DNA from: a virus
Lineage: Duplodnaviria; Caudoviricetes
IMG/VR virus record: IMGVR_UViG_3300032237_000561
Span: 30,594 to 94,593 of that record
Length of the DNA stretch: 64,000 nt
Strand: one strand, 5' to 3'
Positions 18,676 through 28,633 of the stretch are shown here, in pieces (the stretch's first letter is position 1; each line of letters opens with the position of its first letter). Below the pieces are notes generated by a model. The model saw only the letters and a program-made list of their open reading frames with translations. It did not search any database and was not told the origin of the DNA. The position numbers and the translations under genes were made by a program.

Positions 18676-21600
18676 GTGGCTAACAACACCAGTTTCTATT
18701 ACGACTTCAACCACTCACTGCCCCTGGTGCAGATGATCTTGAAGTTGCTCGGCAAGAGTGACGACCCCAATCAGGCGCAGATGACCGCCGACACCAACCG
18801 TGAATGGTTTTCACAACCGCGTCCGGGAAAGTCACCCGAAACTGAGTGTGTCACAGTCGCTTTCCGCATCCCGCTCTCGGTCTCAGAGATTTCCACCGAG
18901 GTCCTTCGGATGCCGTGCAATGCCGAGCTGTGGTACCAGGACCGATCCAACAACTGGCGACCTATTCTGGACATGCAGCGTTTCCCGCTCAAGGCGCGGA
19001 TAAACCGATCCGATACCAAGAGCTGGTTCAAGTGGTCCAACAAGTGCTACCCGATTGTGGCCAAGAAGGTTCAGGTACGACTGACCCGCTATTACGATGC
19101 GGTCCTTGACACCACCGAATTCCCGGTCGGCCTGCGTAACACCTTGATTCGAAGAAATGTCTACGACCGCAGTCAGGGCGGTTTCTTCGAGGACGAGATG
19201 GACGTGATGGGCAATGTGGTGTCCAAGTACGTCCGGGACTGGGACGCGACCAAAGCTGTCGACGACAATTACACCTCGTTCTGGAAGTCCGCCCCCCAGC
19301 CCGACCCGTCGGCGGTAGTCTCGCTGTATCTGGATGTACGCGCCGAGGACGGCAGTCCTCAGGTTATCGACAAGGTCTACATCGACCCCGTTTACGCCAA
19401 CCAACATCTCAATCTGTACTACAGCTCCGATTCCGCTATCGGAACCCGTTCCCTGTCGCCGATCACCCTGCCTCCGGCGGTAGGGACAGAAGCTGAACCC
19501 ACCGTGCTCAACGCCGAATGGCGTTACGGTCGCGGACTGACCGACACGGCCACAGGAGTCGGCGACTCCTACTACACCTGGCCGCTGAACGTCGGTCCAC
19601 AGAACAACAAGGATGCCTGGATCGGCGTGGAGTGGAGACCCAACTTCTCCACCGCACCCGACCCCAACCTGGCCCACAATCCGATCCTGTTCGCTGCCGG
19701 TGAGCCGACCAGCACGACGGCCAAACCATGCCTGTCCTACGACCCGGCCAACCGCACCTTCGCCTTGGATTTCTTCGGCAAGGATGTCGAAGGAAACGTC
19801 TTCGCCGTAGGCGATTCCTATGTCACTTCCGAGATCAGCCAGGAATGGGAAGCCGGTGACTCGATCAAGATCGTCGCCGGGTGGCGCACGGTTTCTAAAA
19901 TCTGGAGCGTCTGGATCAAGGTGGTCGATGCCCGTGGCCGGACCATCGCCTCCCTCGACCAACAAGACATCGACCTACCAGACTTGGTCAGCTTCGACGG
20001 GACCGCCAAGGTGGCCGACTTCCGGGGCAGCCTGGCCAACCTGGTGATCAAGATAGAGAGCCACACCGACTCCTCGGAGTCCTTTCTGGCCAACCCGGAA
20101 ATCTATTGCGAACCCGACCCGGTTCTGCCCAACGACTCCGGCAAGTATCCGGCCACGACCCTCGACAACGCCATCTATGTGGCCCCCTGGTTGGGCCGAG
20201 AGCACGGCTCGGGTGGTTCGTCGCCGTCGCACTTCGAGGACAAGACGTGGACCCCGATCTGGCGCGACTACATCGCCATCAAGGGCATGCTGCATCTGCC
20301 GCAGCCGATCTCGATGCAGTACCTCAAGCTGGAGTTCACCAACCTCACCGAGCAGCCGTACCCGATCTACGAGTCCGGCATCGACGTGAAGTACAAGATT
20401 TTCCCGGTCTCGGTAACTCAAACCTCCTCCCTCGGACCCCGGCTCTACACCGGCGAGGGTGGATTCCTGGGACTGGGCACCTTCGTCTCGGCCAACGGGG
20501 TCAAGTCGGTCAACTGGCTGGACCCCAACTCGGTGATGCAGGCTATCGGGGCGGTCACCACCATCCAGACCCCGCCGGTGGTGATCAACACCGGCAACCC
20601 CTATCTGAGCGACACCTTGCCCAACCAGGGGGTGGCAGAGGTTGAGAATTCCCGGCGAATCGAAGCGGCCTCCAGCTACGTCTACTCCCGTGACGTAATC
20701 CAGCCCTACGTGATGGCCCAGGACCGGTACAACACAATCATTCGGGCCGAAGGACTCCAGGCGATCCAGCCCTATGTCGACGTGCCGTGGACCGAGATTG
20801 AAGCCGCCAACCCCAACACGATCACTAAAGTGAAGTCGACCGGCACCATGCCGATCCGGGGCACAGATTGGTGGATTTATCCCGGCCAGCAGCTCAAGGT
20901 TCCGGCTTCGGTGATGCGTAAACTCACCGACACCCAGACCGTGACCGAACGTAAGTTCACCCTGGAGCGTCGGGTCCGGTTCAACACCACCAGCGTCCAC
21001 CGCTATGAGTGGCGGACCGTCAAGCGCGATGCGGCCATCGCCTACTTCGCCGGTCTCCGCGAGGTGCAGCCCTACACCTCAACCTACATCTCCGGCGAGG
21101 ACACCCCGGTCTACAAGTTCCCCAGCTACACCGATCAGCACTGGGTGCTCACCAACGCCAAGCGTTTTTCTGAAGAAGTCACCGACAGCGACGGCACCCA
21201 TAAGGTCGATTACAGCCCGATCACTGCCGCCCTCCCGGCGGTCTTCGGAGTGATCAGCTCCAAGGAACTAATCAGCCAATCCGACTTCTCCAAGGTGGCT
21301 CTGGATTTTCAGGATTCCGGTCTGGCCAAGTCCAACCCGATGTGGGTCGACATCGACGAGAACACCGCCAGCATCGACGACACCGAACTGTCGCCCTACT
21401 TCGGGGTGATCCCGGAGAACATCTCCAAGTCCAGCTGGAACGATGCCATTGCCGCCTGGGGTGTCCCCAACTCGACCAGCGGGCTATCCGTCGACCCGAA
21501 ATTTGATACCGAGTGGGGTGCCCCCTACGGTCTGGTGAGCATCAACGTCGACAATGACCGACGGTACCTGGGCAAGCGGGTAATTCACTTCACCCGCGCC

Positions 21601-22746
21601 GCCGGGGCCGGTCAGGCAGGGATCAAACTCAGGCAATGGACGAACTTCTCCCCCGGAGCGCAGTTTCGAATCGGGGCGGTCTTCTACCGCCCCCGGAGCA
21701 CCGGGAACAACATCATCCTCCGGCTCAAGCGTGATGATGGCACCACGGTGATCGAGGAGACCCTCGGCACCTCCCGTTCGGTGATCACCACCAATGTCAA
21801 TATCCGCACACCGGGTTCCGCCGTCGGTGATACCGCCTCGGCGAGTAACAACCTGATCTATCTGTCTGGCCAGACCAAGTCCTCCGAAAACGGACTGTAT
21901 CGGTTCAAGGGGGACACCACGCCCCTGGAATGGGTGCCGGACTACGTGCCCTCGGGGCGGTGGTTCGAGGCGGTCACCTCTTTCGCCGAAATCCCCGAGA
22001 CCCTGGCCAATTCCAGCTTCGACAACAACCTCATCGGCTGGATTCCTGCGGGCGGCACCTGGACGGCGGTCAGCGACAAGGGCTACACCGGACTGAAGTC
22101 GGCCAAGCTCACCACCAACTCCACCCTGTCCACCCTGACCTCGGAGGGCATCGAGTGTGTCCTGGGGAGCACCGTGAAAGCCTCGGCCTGGGTGAACTGG
22201 TCGGGCCTGACGGCCACCGGGGGCGGCATCACGCTCCGGGCATTGTTCTACAACAGCGACGACGAACTCGTCCTCAACGAGGGGGCCGGGGAGGTGTTTT
22301 TCCCGTCCTCTGCGGCAAGCGAGGGCTGGGTACCGCTGTCCGGGGCGGTGATCGTCCCGACCGGCCTGGGGATCACTCAGGTGGCCTTCCAGGTGGCCGT
22401 AGACGGCGATCTGGGGGCCGGTGGTTCGGTGTGGGTCGATGACTTCACTACCGACGTTCCCGGTGCCCCACGACAGCAGTACGTCGTCGAGCTGACCATC
22501 GAAGGAGACGAGGAGGAGGAGCTGTATGTCTCGGAGCTGTACACCGAGACCACCCCTATCCGCTACTTCGTCCGGCTGGGTCCGCCGGGGACCACCCCCA
22601 TCGAGGTGACCGACCTCCGGTACACCAAGGCCCAGGCCATCGTGACGGCTACCGAGCCGGTCAACCAGATGCAGGTGCAGGCGGTCATCACCAGCGACAG
22701 CTCGTATGCCTTCGGATGCACGATCACCCCCAACTACCTGAAGTAG
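18676..22746 (+). CDS. Large baseplate/minor tail protein with a CBM-like insert
   Basis: 1356 aa; LANSSFD...WVDD domain; LSGQTKSSENGLY fibre-type motif. Confidence 0.7.
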   Translation: MANNTSFYYDFNHSLPLVQMILKLLGKSDDPNQAQMTADTNREWFSQPRPGKSPETECVTVAFRIPLSVSEISTEVLRMPCNAELWYQDRSNNWRPILDMQRFPLKARINRSDTKSWFKWSNKCYPIVAKKVQVRLTRYYDAVLDTTEFPVGLRNTLIRRNVYDRSQGGFFEDEMDVMGNVVSKYVRDWDATKAVDDNYTSFWKSAPQPDPSAVVSLYLDVRAEDGSPQVIDKVYIDPVYANQHLNLYYSSDSAIGTRSLSPITLPPAVGTEAEPTVLNAEWRYGRGLTDTATGVGDSYYTWPLNVGPQNNKDAWIGVEWRPNFSTAPDPNLAHNPILFAAGEPTSTTAKPCLSYDPANRTFALDFFGKDVEGNVFAVGDSYVTSEISQEWEAGDSIKIVAGWRTVSKIWSVWIKVVDARGRTIASLDQQDIDLPDLVSFDGTAKVADFRGSLANLVIKIESHTDSSESFLANPEIYCEPDPVLPNDSGKYPATTLDNAIYVAPWLGREHGSGGSSPSHFEDKTWTPIWRDYIAIKGMLHLPQPISMQYLKLEFTNLTEQPYPIYESGIDVKYKIFPVSVTQTSSLGPRLYTGEGGFLGLGTFVSANGVKSVNWLDPNSVMQAIGAVTTIQTPPVVINTGNPYLSDTLPNQGVAEVENSRRIEAASSYVYSRDVIQPYVMAQDRYNTIIRAEGLQAIQPYVDVPWTEIEAANPNTITKVKSTGTMPIRGTDWWIYPGQQLKVPASVMRKLTDTQTVTERKFTLERRVRFNTTSVHRYEWRTVKRDAAIAYFAGLREVQPYTSTYISGEDTPVYKFPSYTDQHWVLTNAKRFSEEVTDSDGTHKVDYSPITAALPAVFGVISSKELISQSDFSKVALDFQDSGLAKSNPMWVDIDENTASIDDTELSPYFGVIPENISKSSWNDAIAAWGVPNSTSGLSVDPKFDTEWGAPYGLVSINVDNDRRYLGKRVIHFTRAAGAGQAGIKLRQWTNFSPGAQFRIGAVFYRPRSTGNNIILRLKRDDGTTVIEETLGTSRSVITTNVNIRTPGSAVGDTASASNNLIYLSGQTKSSENGLYRFKGDTTPLEWVPDYVPSGRWFEAVTSFAEIPETLANSSFDNNLIGWIPAGGTWTAVSDKGYTGLKSAKLTTNSTLSTLTSEGIECVLGSTVKASAWVNWSGLTATGGGITLRALFYNSDDELVLNEGAGEVFFPSSAASEGWVPLSGAVIVPTGLGITQVAFQVAVDGDLGAGGSVWVDDFTTDVPGAPRQQYVVELTIEGDEEEELYVSELYTETTPIRYFVRLGPPGTTPIEVTDLRYTKAQAIVTATEPVNQMQVQAVITSDSSYAFGCTITPNYLK

Positions 22747-22759
22747 AAAGAAGAAAAAC

Positions 22760-23989
22760 ATGACGATGTACGTCCGGGTTGTCACGCCGACGACGATCAC
22801 GATCAGCGACCCCAATCAGATCGACGACGTTCTGCTCGACGGCAATCATCCGTATGCGATCCTGCCGCTGTGGGCCGCGCAGCGTCCCGAGTTTCAAGAG
22901 CTGTGGGCCGACGAGCGGGTCGAGGTCGCCACCGACCCCGCGTTCAACAACCTCATCACTGAGATTCCGGCCAGCGAGTTGCCCGGCACCGGCGGCTCGA
23001 TTCCCACCTCGCTCCATGTCGAGGAAATCGTAGACGTAGATGGCCACACGGTGCTGCGTCTGGCCGACGGCACCGCAACCCCCGGCACCGCGTCTAACTA
23101 CCTCGTCGTCACCAACGCCAACGTCGGCGACGCGCCGTCCATCGCGGTCGAGGCGACCGTCGATACCAACGTCGACCTGGAGGTGTCCTCGCTGGGCACC
23201 GGCAAGTTCTTTGCCAAGAACAGCGGCGGGACCATGCTGGAGACCTGGGGCTACCCGAACGCCGTCCACCACCTGGCCATCGCCAACTCGGCGGCGGGCC
23301 AGCCCGTGGAGTTCGGTGTAATCGGCCAGCCCGGCGATGTCGACATCAACGCCTACCCGATGGGCACCGGCAGGTTTAACGTCAACCAGGCCCCGGTCAT
23401 CACCGGCGTGCAGTCGCTAAACAACCAGGGCGCGCCGAGGTGGAGCTACAGCTCGCCGACCAACTCACTCGGTCAGTACGCCGTGCAGGAGAACTCGCTG
23501 GCGGTGGGGCTGCCCAACCCGGCGTGGGCGGCGGACATCGTCGCCAGTCCCGGCGACTACCTCATCAGCTTCAACGGGGGGCCGCAGGACGTGCCCATCT
23601 CCGGGATCACCGGACCGGGCGCGGGGACCAACGTCTACACCCTGACCGGGACCTGGCCCGCGAACGCGACCGGCTTCCCGATCACCATCGCCGCCGCCGT
23701 GAGTCAGTCGTACACGCTGCAAGCCAGCGACGTGGGCAAGTTGATCGCCGTGAACAGTGGCGACACCTTCACCGTCAACATACCGCTGATGGCCGTGTCC
23801 GGTTTCCAGGTGGGTGCCCGGATCGAGTTGGCCCAGACCGGCACCGGTGGGGTGTATGTGTCCCTCGCGGACGAATCCATCAGCCTAATTTCTCACCAGG
23901 GTTGGACGGCACTCAATGGCCGGGGGGCCACCGCGACCCTGACCCTGGTCGCCCAGAACACCTGGCTCCTGGCGGGGTCGCTGGACTAG
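22760..23989 (+). CDS. Tail fibre / virion accessory protein
   Basis: C-terminal YTLQASDVGKLI...WLLAGSL domain of a kind common at phage fibre ends. Confidence 0.6.
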   Translation: MTMYVRVVTPTTITISDPNQIDDVLLDGNHPYAILPLWAAQRPEFQELWADERVEVATDPAFNNLITEIPASELPGTGGSIPTSLHVEEIVDVDGHTVLRLADGTATPGTASNYLVVTNANVGDAPSIAVEATVDTNVDLEVSSLGTGKFFAKNSGGTMLETWGYPNAVHHLAIANSAAGQPVEFGVIGQPGDVDINAYPMGTGRFNVNQAPVITGVQSLNNQGAPRWSYSSPTNSLGQYAVQENSLAVGLPNPAWAADIVASPGDYLISFNGGPQDVPISGITGPGAGTNVYTLTGTWPANATGFPITIAAAVSQSYTLQASDVGKLIAVNSGDTFTVNIPLMAVSGFQVGARIELAQTGTGGVYVSLADESISLISHQGWTALNGRGATATLTLVAQNTWLLAGSLD

Positions 23990-24303
23990 TCCTGGTACCA
24001 CATGCCGTTCGCGCGGACGTACCGGGCGATCCCGAGGGTGTCGTGCTGTGCGGCCTCGATGGCGCGGCGCGCGGCGCGGGTGAGGGCGGCAGCGGCCAAG
24101 CCGTTGCCTTTCATCTCCGAGTAGAGCTGCCAGCCCGACACGGTGGTCGGGATGGTCACCTCTTTGCCCTGGTAGGTGTCCTCGATGAGGTCGGCGAACA
24201 CCCCACGCGGCTCGGTGTCCCAGGCCCCGAAGTGGGCGTAGCTTTCCTGGGCCTGCTCGAACTTCTTGACCGCGTCGGCGAAGCTCAGTGTGGTGGTGGT
24301 CAT
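23986..24303 (-). CDS. Hypothetical protein
   Basis: ATG at 24303 with an AGAAAGAG RBS. Confidence 0.75.
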   Translation of the reverse strand: MTTTTLSFADAVKKFEQAQESYAHFGAWDTEPRGVFADLIEDTYQGKEVTIPTTVSGWQLYSEMKGNGLAAAALTRAARRAIEAAQHDTLGIARYVRANGMWYQD

Positions 24304-24304
24304 G

Positions 24305-24730
24305 TCAGTTGCTCTCTTTCTTGTTGCCGGGGAAGTGCTCGCTGCGGCGCAGCAGGCCGACGACGTAGGACAGCACCTCACGGCGACCGTCGTTGTAGGC
24401 CCGCTTGCCGTCGTTGAGGCGGCTGCCGCCGGTGTCGTCGGGGTGCTGGGTGGCCAGACCGGCGACGGTGTCGTACTGGGCCAGCAGGGTCTCCTGCATG
24501 GTCCAGCCCTGCTCGACACCCCAGTGCACGATCTCGTAGAACTCCTTCTCCAGGTAGGCGAGCACGTCGGCCTGGCCCCGAAGGCGTTCGATGTTGATGG
24601 CCGCGTCGATGATGCGGCTAGACGGCCTCTCGGTGATCCGACCGACGGCATCGGTGATGATGTTGCGGATGTCTTCGGCCCGCTGGTTGCGGTAGAGCTT
24701 GAGCGGGAGGGTGATGGTGGTGGCGGTCAT
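24305..24730 (-). CDS. Hypothetical protein
   Basis: ATG at 24730 after a CCCACCCAC-AGAAGAAAGCAGG leader. Confidence 0.75.
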   Translation of the reverse strand: MTATTITLPLKLYRNQRAEDIRNIITDAVGRITERPSSRIIDAAINIERLRGQADVLAYLEKEFYEIVHWGVEQGWTMQETLLAQYDTVAGLATQHPDDTGGSRLNDGKRAYNDGRREVLSYVVGLLRRSEHFPGNKKESN

Positions 24731-24813
24731 GGTGCCTGCTTTCTTCTGTGGGTGGGCGGTGGTCATGTATTCAATTGTAGTTTCGGGGTCTGACAAAAAT
24801 CAGACTTCACGGA

Positions 24814-25011
24814 TCACAGCTCTACAACGCGAGCCTGGCGCACCGGATTGAACAGGTTGTAATACTGGGCCTGCTTTTCGGCGGAATTACGAGTGGCGTA
24901 CCGGCCACGAGCGAGAAAGTATCCCTCGGTGAGAGTCTCCCCGCGCTGGACGGCGCGGTGCACCGACAATTTGTCCCGCCAAATTTCAACGGCGTAAGGG
25001 CGGGTGCTCAT
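24814..25011 (-). CDS. Hypothetical protein
   Basis: Start abuts the stop of the upstream gene. Confidence 0.6.
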   Translation of the reverse strand: MSTRPYAVEIWRDKLSVHRAVQRGETLTEGYFLARGRYATRNSAEKQAQYYNLFNPVRQARVVEL

Positions 25012-25326
25012 CTAGGCCAGCACCTCGCGGCCCAGATCGGTGATCCGGTAGTCCGGCAGCAGCCGGGCGTTGAACAGATCGAACAGGCCCTCGGCGGTCG
25101 GCTCGATGAGGCCCTTCTCCTTGAGGGCGAGAAGCACGTCGGCCAGGGCCAGGCCCTTGGGCTTGTTGCCCATGCCCTCCCAAGCCGTCCAGGTGGTGGC
25201 CGGGATCACGCCGTTGTCGCTCCAGGCGAACGCGCCTAGGATGCGGTGCTGACGGGAGCCGAGCTTGACGGTGCCCCGGCTTGTCTCGTAGGTGGAAATT
25301 TTGCGGTTAGTGGTGGAATATGCCAT
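25012..25326 (-). CDS. Winged-helix-like DNA-binding protein, leaderless
   Basis: LADVLLALKEKGLIE...YRITDLGREVL; ATG lies 7 nt after the TATCGT -10. Confidence 0.55.
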   Translation of the reverse strand: MAYSTTNRKISTYETSRGTVKLGSRQHRILGAFAWSDNGVIPATTWTAWEGMGNKPKGLALADVLLALKEKGLIEPTAEGLFDLFNARLLPDYRITDLGREVLA

Positions 25327-25333
25327 ATCAGGA

Positions 25334-25362
25334 ACGATACATGAGCAACAGCTTGATTGCAA
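25334..25362 (-). promoter_or_regulatory. SigA-type promoter with spacer box
   Basis: TTGCAA-TCAAGCTGTTGCTCATG-TATCGT. Confidence 0.75.
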
Positions 25363-25398
25363 ATCATGTGACAAAAAAACTTCTCTGCCTGGCTTATG

Positions 25399-25427
25399 TT
25401 GACATCATGATGTAGTGAGAGTACCGT
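25399..25427 (+). promoter_or_regulatory. SigA-type promoter with spacer box
   Basis: TTGACA-TCATGATGTAGTGAGAG-TACCGT. Confidence 0.75.
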
Positions 25428-25464
25428 CAATACTGTCACCACCCACCGACCCAAGGAGCACCGC

Positions 25465-25965
25465 ATGACCCGCAGCTACGAGCGCGACGGCAAGCACTAC
25501 GATTTCGCCGTCCTGACCCATCTGGTCGAGACCGGCGAGGCCACCTTCTACGAAGGCCCCTCCATCTACGTCATCAAGACCGAAGACGGCACGGTCGCGG
25601 TCCGCCCCCATCAGGTGATCTTTACCTCGACCCCGGCACCCTTCACCCTGACCCAGGTCGAGGAGATCGCCGCACCCTCACCGATGGACGGCTACTACGG
25701 CCAGGAACGCTACGACGGCGAAGACATCGGCCCGCACGGCGTGGTCTTCCAGGGCGCGCAGGAGCTGGCCGTGAAGTTTCTGGGCGATAACCCGGACGGC
25801 ATCGACCCCCTGGAGATCGTCCGCCGCATCCTCGACGACCAGACCGGCGAGTACACCCGGTTCCTGCAGAACGAGATCGACGGTACTGCGCCCCTCGCCC
25901 GCCGTAGCTCATCCTGGGTCTCGGCGGACGAGGAGGATGAAATCCTGAAGCACTTTGGTATCTGA
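25465..25965 (+). CDS. Hypothetical protein
   Basis: AAGGAG RBS. Confidence 0.8.
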   Translation: MTRSYERDGKHYDFAVLTHLVETGEATFYEGPSIYVIKTEDGTVAVRPHQVIFTSTPAPFTLTQVEEIAAPSPMDGYYGQERYDGEDIGPHGVVFQGAQELAVKFLGDNPDGIDPLEIVRRILDDQTGEYTRFLQNEIDGTAPLARRSSSWVSADEEDEILKHFGI

Positions 25966-26025
25966 GACCGTTTCATGCTACAGTGAGCATGTAGCATCCA
26001 CACACTATCGAAAGGAGCCATCCAC

Positions 26026-26217
26026 ATGGCGAAGAAGACAAACCCCGGCATCGTGATGGCCCCCGCCATGACCCAGGCCCAGCTGCAGAAGCTGCTCGGC
26101 CTGCGGAGCAGCTCTGCTGCCCTGCCCCAGGCCAGCAAGCGCGATCTACTGGGCCGTCGCAACGGCAAGATCGCCCGCCGGAACCGCGCCGAGTCCCTAC
26201 GCCGGGACTCCTGGTAA
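26026..26217 (+). CDS. Small basic hypothetical protein
   Basis: GAAAGGAG RBS. Confidence 0.7.
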   Translation: MAKKTNPGIVMAPAMTQAQLQKLLGLRSSSAALPQASKRDLLGRRNGKIARRNRAESLRRDSW

Positions 26218-26256
26218 AACCAAAAAACTCCACCCACCCACTCAGGAGGAACCCTG

Positions 26257-26496
26257 ATGACGAAGTATCCCAGTAAGGAAGCCCGCGAGATCGTCAAGAT
26301 GGCCCGCAAGCTCGGGTGGGCCTTCATCGGGTACACCGGCACCAATCATCTACTGCTGGTCCACGAGAACGGGAGCCGCTACGTCCTGGCCGCGACCCCC
26401 TCTAGTCACCGGAACCGAGCGAACTCGATCTCCATGCTGGAGAAGCTGGCCGGGTGCAAGCTGCACCCTAAAGGCCGGATGAGACAGGTCAGCTGA
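26257..26496 (+). CDS. hicA: HicA-like toxin/RNase domain protein
   Basis: 79 aa; REIVKMARKLGW...TGTNHLLLVH...ATPSS matches the HicA pattern with its conserved His. Confidence 0.65.
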   Translation: MTKYPSKEAREIVKMARKLGWAFIGYTGTNHLLLVHENGSRYVLAATPSSHRNRANSISMLEKLAGCKLHPKGRMRQVS

Positions 26497-26752
26497 ATTT
26501 CTCCAGGGAATTGACGAAACTCGACCATACGACCTCGTCGTGGCCGTTCTCTCCCGGCGGTCGCGGTCTCCCGGCCTTCATCCAAGCACGATGAGCCTGG
26601 TATCCGCCCGGAATAGTTTTCGTCCAGGGTCGGCGGAAGTATTCGGCCTCGTTGCCTTCATGCAGGATGCCGATGGCCCGCAGAATCATCGCCCACCGCT
26701 CCACACCGCGCTTGACGCGGCGTTCGGATTCGGAGCCGGGTTCAATGGGCAC
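26489..26752 (-). CDS. Hypothetical protein (probably leaderless)
   Basis: GTG at 26752 just after TGGTATAGGAT; reads VPIEPGSESERR... Confidence 0.5.
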   Translation of the reverse strand: MPIEPGSESERRVKRGVERWAMILRAIGILHEGNEAEYFRRPWTKTIPGGYQAHRAWMKAGRPRPPGENGHDEVVWSSFVNSLEKFS

Positions 26753-26872
26753 GGCACCGATCCTATACCACACCGCCCAAGAATCGTTACCCGAAATTTC
26801 ACTGGGTAGTGACGACGAACACATGGGAATAGGTGAGCGGCACCGTGCCGAACGGGATCGAGGTAATCGCCT

Positions 26873-27142
26873 GTGGCTTTGTCCGAGCATTACGAACGAG
26901 CCAATGACAGCCTGGTCAAGCGCACCTGTAAGACCTGTGAGTGGTACAAGACCATGCCACCTCATGAGCAGGACTTCTTCGACGAGAAGGTCCGCGAAGC
27001 CCTCCTGACGCGGGGGAACATGCAGCGTCTGCGTCGGGCCGTCCTTGCCGAAGGTCATGAGGTCGCCCGGTCGACCTTCCACGGCCATGTCCATGAACAT
27101 CATCTGGAACTATCCGCTCAACGGCGGGAAGGAACCCTGTGA
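26873..27142 (+). CDS. Small CxxC...HxxxH protein
   Basis: CKTC and HVHEH; coupled to the phosphoesterase gene. Confidence 0.7.
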   Translation: MALSEHYERANDSLVKRTCKTCEWYKTMPPHEQDFFDEKVREALLTRGNMQRLRRAVLAEGHEVARSTFHGHVHEHHLELSAQRREGTL

Positions 27143-28314
27143 GCCTCGAAGATTCCTGGGACGAAGTCAACGGCACCGATGATCAACATTCCTGGCGGGC
27201 CGACTGGGCCGGTGACGAGGGCACCATCACCACCGGCGCGCTACCGGACGGATTCGACCCCCACGATTTTGACGAGGTCCTGAACCGGCTCGGCTACGCC
27301 CCCGGCGAGGTCCGCATGGAGCTGGTCTCGGCCAGCCGGTGGGAGCAGCGGACCGCCGTCCGGGGCGACGACGGACGTAAGACCGGCGAGATGACTTCGG
27401 TCTACCTCAACGCCTACAAGTACAAGGCCTTGAGAAACGCCTTCATGGTCAATCTCCCGGCTTTATACGCCGCCGTGAAGGCATCCCGGCCCAGTAAGTC
27501 CGAACCCAAGCTCACGGGCCGCTCAGCGGTCGTCTGCTGGGCTGATATCCAGGTGGGGAAGACCGATCACCTGGGGGGCCTGGAGGAGCTGCTTCAACGC
27601 CTGGAGGATAAGCGGGTCGCACTCCAGGCGTGGCTCAAAGAGGAGAAGATCGACCATGTCGTGCTCTGCGATGTCGGCGACATCGTTGAGGGCTTCGAGA
27701 ACGTGTCGTCCCAGACCCGGACCAACTGTTTGAGCCTGATGCAGCAGATCGACACCGCCGCCACCGAGTTCTGGCGCACCATCAAGGTCTGCGAGAAAGC
27801 CGGTCCGGTCGATGTGCTTTCCATCCCGTCCAACCATTGCCAGTGGCGCAAGGGCAAGGGACTGGTCGGTAAACCCGGCGACGACTGGGGGCTGCACATC
27901 TCTCAGCGTCTGGAGCAGCTCAACGAAGAAGCCGGACTTCGGGCAACCTTTCACCGCCCCGATACCGACTGGAACGAGGGGATGACCTTCAAAGTGGGCG
28001 GCGGCATAATCGGCCTGGCTCACGGCCACCAGGCCAGCGGACCTAACGGAATCATCCCCTGGTGGATGAAACAGAAGCACCAGGGTCGGCTGTGCTGCGA
28101 CGTTTTGGTCACCGGACATTTTCACTTCCCCAGCTTCCGGCCCTCCGGTCGCGACCCGGAGACCGGCAAGTCCAGTTACCACATCCAGGCATCTACTCTC
28201 GACAACGGTTCGTCCTGGGTGGCCAACAAGTTTGGTGAAGACGGGGACCCCGCTTTGACAGTTTTTGTGATGGACCAGGATGGTTTCGACGTTCGCAGTT
28301 TCGCGCTACTTTAA
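27139..28314 (+). CDS. Calcineurin-like metallophosphoesterase
   Basis: ADIQ, GDIVEG, SNH, HGH and GHFH motifs. Confidence 0.85.
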   Translation: MSLEDSWDEVNGTDDQHSWRADWAGDEGTITTGALPDGFDPHDFDEVLNRLGYAPGEVRMELVSASRWEQRTAVRGDDGRKTGEMTSVYLNAYKYKALRNAFMVNLPALYAAVKASRPSKSEPKLTGRSAVVCWADIQVGKTDHLGGLEELLQRLEDKRVALQAWLKEEKIDHVVLCDVGDIVEGFENVSSQTRTNCLSLMQQIDTAATEFWRTIKVCEKAGPVDVLSIPSNHCQWRKGKGLVGKPGDDWGLHISQRLEQLNEEAGLRATFHRPDTDWNEGMTFKVGGGIIGLAHGHQASGPNGIIPWWMKQKHQGRLCCDVLVTGHFHFPSFRPSGRDPETGKSSYHIQASTLDNGSSWVANKFGEDGDPALTVFVMDQDGFDVRSFALL

Positions 28315-28327
28315 AGGGGCTGGACAC

Positions 28328-28633
28328 ATGCAGGTGAGGGTCATCAAGTTCTTCGGTCGAGAAGTGCTGAGAATCGAAAACCATTACGAGGCAACGGTTT
28401 CCGATGTCATCAAGGCGATGATTGAGGCACGCGAGGCGACTGAAGAAATTCAGTACGTCTGCGAGTGTAGCTGTGGCGATGAGGAGGACGACGACGAGGA
28501 GGAGAGCGACGAAGAAGGCATTCGAGGCAGGTTCTCTGACATGACCGACCGGATTGTCTGGGATGCCCGAACCGACGACTACCCGCTCCCGTTTTCCAAC
28601 CCCGATAACGAAGAGGACGAGCCTAAACCATAA
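28328..28633 (+). CDS. Acidic hypothetical protein
   Basis: ATG at 28328; D/E run. Confidence 0.6.
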   Translation: MQVRVIKFFGREVLRIENHYEATVSDVIKAMIEAREATEEIQYVCECSCGDEEDDDEEESDEEGIRGRFSDMTDRIVWDARTDDYPLPFSNPDNEEDEPKP

